Assembly: GCA_012295275.1 (NCBI GenBank)
Contig: CM022670.1
Span: forward strand, 8,928,001 to 8,992,000
Source: Chrysomallon squamiferum
Lineage: Eukaryota > Animalia > Mollusca
DNA: 64,000 nucleotides
Direction: 5' to 3'
The notes beneath the pieces were generated by a model. That model was given only the letters and a program-made list of their open reading frames with translations. It searched no databases and was not told where the DNA came from. This document shows positions 55,651 through 64,000 of this stretch, piece after piece (position 1 is the stretch's first letter; each line of letters opens with the position of its first letter). The position numbers and the translations under genes are program-made.

Positions 55651-56632
55651 TAATCTGTCATATTTATATATAAATCAAAGTATATCAGTGAAGTATTAAG
55701 GAAACCCATGTACAAACTGTACTTATTTTTACTGTTGTTTTCTTCTGTTCTTCCAAGCACAGCTAAGAGATGTTTACTAAAAGGGAAATAACTCATTTTT
55801 ATTGACACAATGCAAAATATTAAAATCGGTTCTTCGCTGTGTACAAAACAGTGAAAAACGTTATTAATCAAAAGAAGAAGAAAGAGAAAAAAGTTAAATA
55901 AGTAGCAATTTTTAATTAATAAATAAATATAAAAATCAAAGATGTTTATAGGTAGAGTTGTTTAATTAGGACAATAATAGTAATCATGTATTTATAGCTG
56001 AAGGGTTACATAAACATGACTATGTATTTACATTAAAAAAAAAAAAAAAAAATTCTTCTGAACATTTTAAACATAATTAAATGAAATTCATCCTGAAATG
56101 AATAACTTTTCTCTTCCTTTTTTATGGTAAAATGTGATTAGAAATAATAAAATAGAAAATATATATGACACACATAATTATTAATATATTCCTCCTAAAA
56201 TGACATCTTTTCTAATACACCTTATTAAACACTGATTGTAAATATTTATCATTAAATTATAAGTCAGACATAATGCAGGGCCATATAAACCTAGTAATAA
56301 AAATATAGCTACCATATGATGTTTATAAATGAAAATAGACTTAATGACTCATATAGCAGTGGACATGAATTTCATGTCAAATAGACCTTTCCATAACTGC
56401 TGACAAATATGTTCATGCTAGACTGGGAAAATTAACTTTTATAGTGTTCTTTTGTTACTTTAGATATTTGAAACTGATATCTACATGTAAGTAATACAGT
56501 TGCTGAAGTATCAGACATACTTGTTGTATTGTCTGGGTAGCAAATAAAAAAAAAAAAAGAAACATTAATTACTTTACTAGGCAAGTAAATAATTTATGTT
56601 TTATATTTGTGTTGGTTTTAATTTTTTAGTTG

Positions 56633-56666
<34 letters not shown>

Positions 56667-56984
56667 TCTTAACATATTCTACAGACTTTTGCACTTGCTT
56701 AATCTGGATCTCTGACACAAATAGGTGTCAAAAAATTAAAATATTTTATACACATAACAATCACCAAGTCTTATTTGAGGAACCTGTAGTTTAAACAAAA
56801 AAGTTGTTGATCACTTTTACGTTTGTTTATAAAGAAACTAATCTTTTGCAATTTAAAATTTTTTAAAACCAGCACACCAAAGCGATGAATACACAACACA
56901 CCTGAGGCTGTTACTTATACATAGTTGTTATATCTATTAAAATAAAATGTTAAATTTGTAGGTTGACATGGTGTTGATGGTGGA

Positions 56985-59900
56985 ATGTCTAACATAGACG
57001 AAGATCTGCATGATGCGGTGCGGGAAAACAATATTACAAAGATTGAACAGCTTTTGTCTAAAGGAGCCAACATTGACGCTATCTACTATGGCTGGACTCC
57101 CTTCCAACAGGCTGTGGATATAGGTAGCTGGGGTGGGGAGGTGTTTTGTTTTCAAAAATATGTATAAAACTGATTACATTTATATTTACATTTATATTTA
57201 TATTTATATTTATATATTTTTATAATTTTATAATTTTATATTTATATTTATATTTATATTTATATTTATATTTATATTTATATTATTGAGGTAAAATTTA
57301 AACACAGCCTGCAGTTAATATTTTATCTAGTGTAACATAAAACTACTCAGATGTCTTTCTCTGTATAAAAACTATAAAAGTAAATTACAAAATATTGACA
57401 AGTTTACAGTGTCTCAATTTCTGTTGTTTTTCTTTTTTACATTTATTAATTGACTTTGTAATATTATTTTCTATGTTGCATTGAATATAAGACATCATTT
57501 TAGGCTGTGTTTTGTTGTTTTTTTGTGTTTTTTTGCAAGATAATTGTTTTTGAAGTATTTAACTGTTCTTTATATCTTTTTTATTTCGTATTGTTTTTAG
57601 TGACATCTTTACTGAAACTGCTTAGCACAAAGTAAAGAAATCACTGTGTTTTTATCATTATCATTTTACATATTATTTTATAACAGTAATTATCTTTAAT
57701 ATATAATATGGCAGGTAATGGTGTTAATAGGAATATTTCTTATAGACAAGGGATGTAATAGGCATTTTACAACAATGATGTTTAATAATGAAATTTTGCA
57801 AGTTATGAAGATGTAGCTATATTTCTGATAGACAAGGAATGTAAAATATATTTTATAACATTAATGATGTTTAATATATAACTTTGCAGGTTATGAAGAG
57901 GTAGCTATATTTCTGATAGACAAGGGATGTAACATACATTTCCATGATAAACGTCACATTTCTCCTTTTGAAGATGCTGTTAACAAAGGCCAAGCCAAGG
58001 TATCAAATTATAATTTATATTTTTATACTGTCCTTAAATAGTTTTGTAAAAAAAAAATAAAAGTAAAAATTAACATTAATGAAACACTTTAATATTTGTT
58101 TATTGAGAAATTCTTTATCTAATAATATTAGATATTAATAAATGTGTTTAACCCTTAGACTTCCATTCTGCAAAAGTTTTCAACTATGTAAACATATAAA
58201 ACATTGTGTTTTGGTGAAATAAATAAATAAAAAATAATTAAACTCATAATATTTGTATTATCATTGTACATAGTTAAGGCATATTTATTTGATACTTTTA
58301 CAATATTCTCTAAATTAATCAATGTTTAGAAATTATCAGAGAAGAGAAAATAATTTTTTTAGGTTAAAATACAGAATTCTTCCTTACAGCATTTGAATTT
58401 ACCAACTGTTGCTGAGTAATCAGTACTACTAATCTGGTCTTAAATTTTCCAGTTTGATTCAGTTTTAACATCTGTACTTTTTTCATTTGTGAAAATCTAC
58501 TCTGCTCTACTCTACTCTACTCCTTTTTATTTCTGATTAATTAAATATTATTTATTTATTACTTAGTTTTAGAATTGCTGATTCAAAAAATTTCACGTGA
58601 AACCAGACTTATTAAAAGATTTCTGATTTTCTCACTGTGAAGCAATCAAAAAAACTGACTTGGTGTTTCCCTAATCCAGTATTCTATCATCTTATTCCTA
58701 CACTGGCTAGCATTAAATGTTTTGTTGAGTATTTTGAGTGTTCTGTTGTAGGTTATTGAGAGTTTACTAAATCATGGTGTTGATGGAAATTCACCTTTGT
58801 CATCTGGAGAGCCGCCAATTTTTGTTGCTGTTGAGAAAGAAAATCCCAAGCTTGTTTCGGTTTTTGTCAACTCAGGTAAAAACTGCAGCAACAGCAGCAG
58901 CAACAACAACAACTATGACAATAATAATTATATAATAAATGTCAAAAATTTAAGATAAAAATTAAAAGAAATAGTTAAATTTGTTTTTTAATTATATTAC
59001 TTACAGTAATACTGGAAATAAATATTTCTAACATGTTATTAATTTAAAATATCATAAATACTGATGTATTAGAACTATTTGATGTTTGATGTTTCCACAT
59101 GCATGTATATATGTTTTTTGATATTTTACATCTCATGCATTCTATATCTGAGGTATAAAGGGAGATAATGAAAGTGTAGAACAGTTTGAAGTTGTTCTGT
59201 TTAATAACACTGTTAAATTATTGTCTGTCATCAGCTATTAAATGCCATATAGTTTGCATTTATATATTCTTTAGATGAAATTTGTTACATTTAGCAGCAG
59301 TATTTTTTATTTATCCTCACATAGATACGAAAGAAGATTTTTGATAATGAGTTTAGTGGAGAAATCAGAAAGAGTCAAATCCATGGTCTATAAAATGTTT
59401 ATTTATCTGTTTTATTACTGCTATAAATATCCGAATTCTTTTACTTTTTGTAATTATTAATATTTTATTTTATTTTATTTTATTTTATTTTATTTTATTT
59501 TATTTTATTTTATTTTATTTTATTTTATTTATTTATTTTTTCATATTTTTTTTTTTTTTTTTTTATTTTTTATTTTTATATTTTTTTTATTTTTGTTTTA
59601 TTTTTATTTAACAGGAAATTTTTATTTTATTTTTTGACAAACAAACAATTTGAAAGTTATTCTGTTTTCGCAGCCAGGAATAAATTTATTACAAGATTTA
59701 TTATTTTTTTAGCTGGAGGTTAGATATTATTTTTTTTTTTTATTATGACATTTTTTTTTTTTATTATTATTATTATTAACATCCAATTTTTTTTTATGTT
59801 TTCAAAACATTTTCAAGGTTTGTTCATAAAATTATTTCAGTATTTTAAAGAGTAGTGAAAGAATTTTGATTCTTTGTTGTTATTTCTTCTTTTCTTTTTA

Positions 59901-60990
59901 TGTATTGTTTTTATCACAAGATTTTATAGATTTTGTTTCTGAAAATAATGTTTTTTTTATTAATAAATACAAAATGACATTTCCTAAAGGCTAATATTTT
60001 TGTGCTGAATAATTCTTTTATTTTCAATGTAAGAAAAATCCAATATATTTTCATAAAAAAACTCTTTTTTAAAGGGTAGTGAAAGAATTTTGTTTCTTTA
60101 TTCTCATGCTTCTTTTCTTTTTAAAAATTATTTTTCTTTTTTAAAATTTTATTAAGATTTTGTTTATGAAAATGTTTTGTTTTATTAATAAATACAAAAT
60201 GCAAAAGATTTCCAAGGGAAGGAAATATTTTTGCAATTCATTATGATTAATCTTTCTTTTTTTTTTCACATTATATTACCATACATATATCAAAGTGTTT
60301 AATATTGTATTTGGTTGATTTACATTTTTACTGACGACCTTGAATCACAATGGGGAAGAAAACAACCATTTCCCTGAAATGTTCAAATATTTTTAATAAA
60401 ATTAATGTTATGAAAATTTCAGATCCCATTCACAATTCATTTTAAATTCTTTAAAGGGGATTGATTTTTATAACAACTTTTAAGATATCTTAACTGTGAA
60501 AACATCTATTTAAAGCAGCATTGTACACAGTATTTTATGTACAAATGATATAACTTATTTTTCTTAATAACTAACACATTTCTTTTTAATATGCACAGAC
60601 ACACACATTTACATACACACGCAGACACATGCACAAACATATGTATAAATACCCACATCATGTTTAATTTTAATTGTGGTGAGATTTAATATTTACCTCG
60701 TTCATTAAGCTCTCTTATATCTGATGTAATTTTTCAACTGTTGTCATTAAACCATGTATTTGATAAAACATATATTTGTGTTACAGTACAACTGTAATCT
60801 GAATGTTCAGGACAGTGATGAGTGGACAGCTATGTGGCATGCCTACGCCAGCTGTAACGAGGAAATAATGGAATTACTTCTCAAAGCAGGAGCAGACAAG
60901 TCTGTCCCTAACAGTGATGGAATAACAATGCTAGAAGATGCCAAAGAAAATGAAGATTATGATGCAGTTGACATTTTAGTCAGATACTGA
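56985..60990 (+). CDS. Small ankyrin-repeat protein (spliced; one internal exon apparently missing)
   Basis: Exons 56985-57123 (MSNIDEDLHDAVRENNITKIEQLLSKGANID..WTPFQQAV), 57890-57999 (GYEEVAIFLIDKGCNIH..SPFEDAVNKGQAK), 58752-58875 (VIESLLNHGVDGN..GEPPIFVAV), 60787-60990 (YNCNLNVQDSDEWTAMWHA..IMELLLKAGAD). 33-aa ankyrin periodicity; phase mismatch between 58875 and 60787. Confidence 0.85.
57676..57931 (+). repeat. About 87-bp triplication spanning the ankyrin exon 2 acceptor
   Basis: Three copies of ...tttaat...gcaRgt.atg...tatttct.atagacaagg.atgtaa, with the acceptor position at 57714 (AG), 57801 (AA) and 57889 (AG, used). Confidence 0.85.
59843..60234. repeat. Degenerate tandem duplication (period about 223 bp) in the ankyrin intron
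   Basis: ttttaaag.gtagtgaaagaattttg...agattttgttt.tgaaaat...ttttattaataaatacaaaatg occurs twice. Confidence 0.7.
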
Positions 60991-62267
60991 CTTCCAAAAT
61001 TCCTTCAACACCTGTCCCCACAAAAAAAAAAAAAAAAAAGTTTACTTTAATTTGTATTTCTTTATGATACAAATGGTTGAAATCTACAAAGAAAAACAAT
61101 TACAGTTTTTAGTTTCTGTACAAGATGATTACCATCAGGCTTGAGGTTGAAATATGGAAAATAGCAACAAAAAAGTAAACAGTTATTAAAAATAAATTAA
61201 AAGCAACAGCAGTGTTCTTTGTTTTTGTTCTTTTCATGTAACCGTTCTTTATTTACTTATTTTATTAAAATTAATAATTTTAATAAAATTATCTTAATTA
61301 GTTTGGATGGTGGAAGAGTATTCAAATAGTTTATAACAAACTATTTTATAATTATTAGACTGATTATTACTTTTCTGTGAGTAAAGTTACAATATTATTT
61401 CATTTTTTTAATTTATTTTTTTTTGATTTTATTTATAATGCAGTTATATTCTGAATTTATTGATGAAGAAAATGTAAATAAAACAACAAAACTTTAATTT
61501 CAGATTTTATTGCACATCTTTCTGAGCATTTATTGTCACACGGACACAGTAATAATTTCTTTTCATCTTCGATATGTTTAGTCATGCCCTTACTAAAAGT
61601 AAAAAAGAGAGAGATTAACGAAGAACGATAACTCCATGCACATTATAAAAATAAGTTTACGTGCTATATTGCTCAAAGCCGTTATTCCGTAACGGTACGA
61701 TTACTAGTGGTTTAAATAACGTTTCAAATTATTGGTTCCAATATTATGTTGCTTACAATTATGCCAAATGTAACACGGTATCTGTTAAAATTAGCCGTAA
61801 ATCTTAAGAGCTGGATTTTGAATATTATGTTGTAACTATGTAAGAAAACTATTTTCTGAGATAAAATGAATTTTAAAATAACGTTTGTTTGTATGATCAG
61901 TAAGAATAGCCCACACCTTTCTCCTGTGTATAGTCAGTAATCTGACAACACATCACAAGTACAAATAACGACACGACAGTCACATAATAATATCTAAGTA
62001 ATCAGTACAAAAATTGTTTTCCTTTTGTTTTGTCTAATTCTACAGAATACAGGAACAAGTAAGTTCTGTGTGACTTCTAACTAATACTGCGCGTTTTCTA
62101 TCAAGCGTCTGTTACTGGCATTTCTATTAAAAACATTTGATACAAGCTTTGTCGCGGACAATAAATAAAACGATAAACAACAACAAAAACAGTATCTAGC
62201 TGTTATGTCTATAAAACATAAACATCCACTGAGGTATTTTAATGAAAATCTTTTCTGTAGTGCTGCC

Positions 62268-62314
<47 letters not shown>

Positions 62315-62772
62315 TAAATAATATAAATAATAATAATATAAGATTTAAGTAAAGTCTGTTGTATAATATCAGAATATCAGTATGGTTTATGAGTTAAGCC
62401 AGCTGTCAGTATGTTCAACACTCGCAGCAGGAGTTACCAATCAACTTAATGATAGAAAGCTGGCTGGTATGTGTATTTGGTTTTTTTTTTCTCTCTCTCA
62501 GTGCTATTTTCGCCGTTTCTGCCATTTTGTCCAGCCGTAAATATGTACAATTTAAGCCATCTTTGGCTTATATCAGCACTGACCAGCATTTGTTTCTGAT
62601 TAACAAAGAAATACCTGCCAACAGCAAAGGTGTAGAAACCCGAGTATAGACATAGCCACATGTCAAAAGTTTAAAATTACAGAAAAATACTCCATCCTTT
62701 GTATTTCCCGCATGCTGGTTTAGTAATTCCTTTCAGTAGCCATGAGCCTTTTGTGTGTTGTCTTTCGAGTAT

Positions 62773-63551
62773 TCAAGCTCGCTTTCGTTTCCATGCATGC
62801 TTCCATATGTTCGACAGACATACGGTCGAATGGAAACGGTAGAAAATAGCCAGAGGGCTGGAGATGTGTGTGAAGATATTCCACGGCAGAATTCCGTAGA
62901 AATCTATTTGGACAGGATTAGCTTCCGACTGCTGCACCTCGAACGTGTTAATGATCCACATCGCAATATTAACAACGAGCAGGAACGTCACGAACTCTCG
63001 CCCTGGCTTCTGTTTCTCTTGATCTTTGAGGTGCGCACATCGACGCAAGGAATTTAAAATAAAGACACTCTGAATGGTGGCCTGGAACATGCGCAGTACG
63101 CTGGATACGATTATGAGCAGACTCTGGGTTTCTCCTGGAATAAACGCCGCTGCGATGATGCTCAGTAGGGAGAAGATGTAAATCCCTGCGAGAGCGAGAA
63201 CCAGCAAGTTCTGCTCCAGGTCCATCCCCCTCTTGGGCAAAAACCGCAGCGCGTGCATCTTGTAGAAGGCGAGAATTACGGCCAGTGACGTGACGATGTA
63301 GATGACGATTTCTGACAGATGTTCCAGCATGACGGCAGCCTCGTTTCCGCCCTTGGACCGGACAAGAACGAAGAACGTGATGACGGTAATAACTACTGCG
63401 ACCAAAACCAAAATTCCTAAAAACAGTCCGCGACTAGAGCCTGAGCAGTCCAGCGTTAGTCGCTGTACTTTAGCTTTCGCTTCTCTCTGTTCTTCCTGGT
63501 CGTGAGAAATTCCTTTCCTGCCGATGTTCCTCCACATGATGTAGAGAATGC
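62773..63551 (-). CDS. OTOP: Otopetrin-family proton channel, paralogue D, last exon (rest of gene beyond the window end)
   Basis: ttcag|GILYIMWRNIG...[12 protein letters not shown]...[11 protein letters not shown]...[23 protein letters not shown]; 779 nt, the same length as Otop-A exon 8. Confidence 0.94.
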
Positions 63552-64000
63552 CTGAAACAGAATAAATAAATAAATATATATATATGTATACACACACATT
63601 TGTTTTTTCTACTTTACAGATACAAATTTAGAAACATAAATATCTACATGATTTTCAACTGATATTTTTGACGTAATTTTTAATATTATATTTAATGTCT
63701 TACTATATTTTAAAATTGTTTATCTAATTACAAAAATACTTTAAATAGACTGGAGTATTTTAATTATTTATGTAACGAAGAGTGAAAATTCTTCAATTTT
63801 TTTATATTGTTTCGTTCGTTTTTAAATTCATCGACAATAAACAATGTTAAGATACAAAAACGATAAACTAAGTCTTCAGTTTATGCGAGTATACGTCGTA
63901 AGTATGTACTATTTTCATATATTCACAACTATGGCGTGTGGAAATGTCAAATACCATATCCCACACCTGTAAAATATAGCACATACATGTTTACAACAAC

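Noticed and set aside
60598-60643. Phase-compatible mini-exon that could bridge the ankyrin frame gap
   Set aside because: (CA)-rich microsatellite sequence (DTHIYIHTQTH) that does not fit the ankyrin register.

Overview
This is AT-rich, microsatellite-laden eukaryotic DNA. The interspersed repeats suggest a mollusc, probably a gastropod, but that is inference. The window is dominated by a cluster of four otopetrin (OTOP) proton-channel paralogues. Otop-A (minus, 8 coding exons, 14747->491, 653 aa) and Otop-B (minus, 8 exons, 25241->18014, 647 aa) reconstruct completely with GT-AG introns. Otop-C (plus, 8 exons, 38760->53074, about 630-645 aa) has one problematic splice acceptor. Only the last exon of Otop-D is in the window (minus, 63551->62773). 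A, B and C share intron phases 1,2,0,1,0,1,1. A small ankyrin-repeat gene (plus, 56985->60990) lies between the convergent Otop-C and Otop-D and appears to lack one exon. Other content is Tc1/mariner fossils, degenerate SINE-like copies, local tandem duplications and many simple repeats. The most interesting signals are: the paralogue expansion with a hypervariable His-rich versus N-glycan-rich TM5-6 loop; a near-perfect intronic inverted repeat bracketing Otop-C exons 3-7; duplicated or defective splice acceptors; gene-conversion tracts; and KxKxx-type C-termini. Most ORFs in the supplied track are microsatellite or antisense artefacts.
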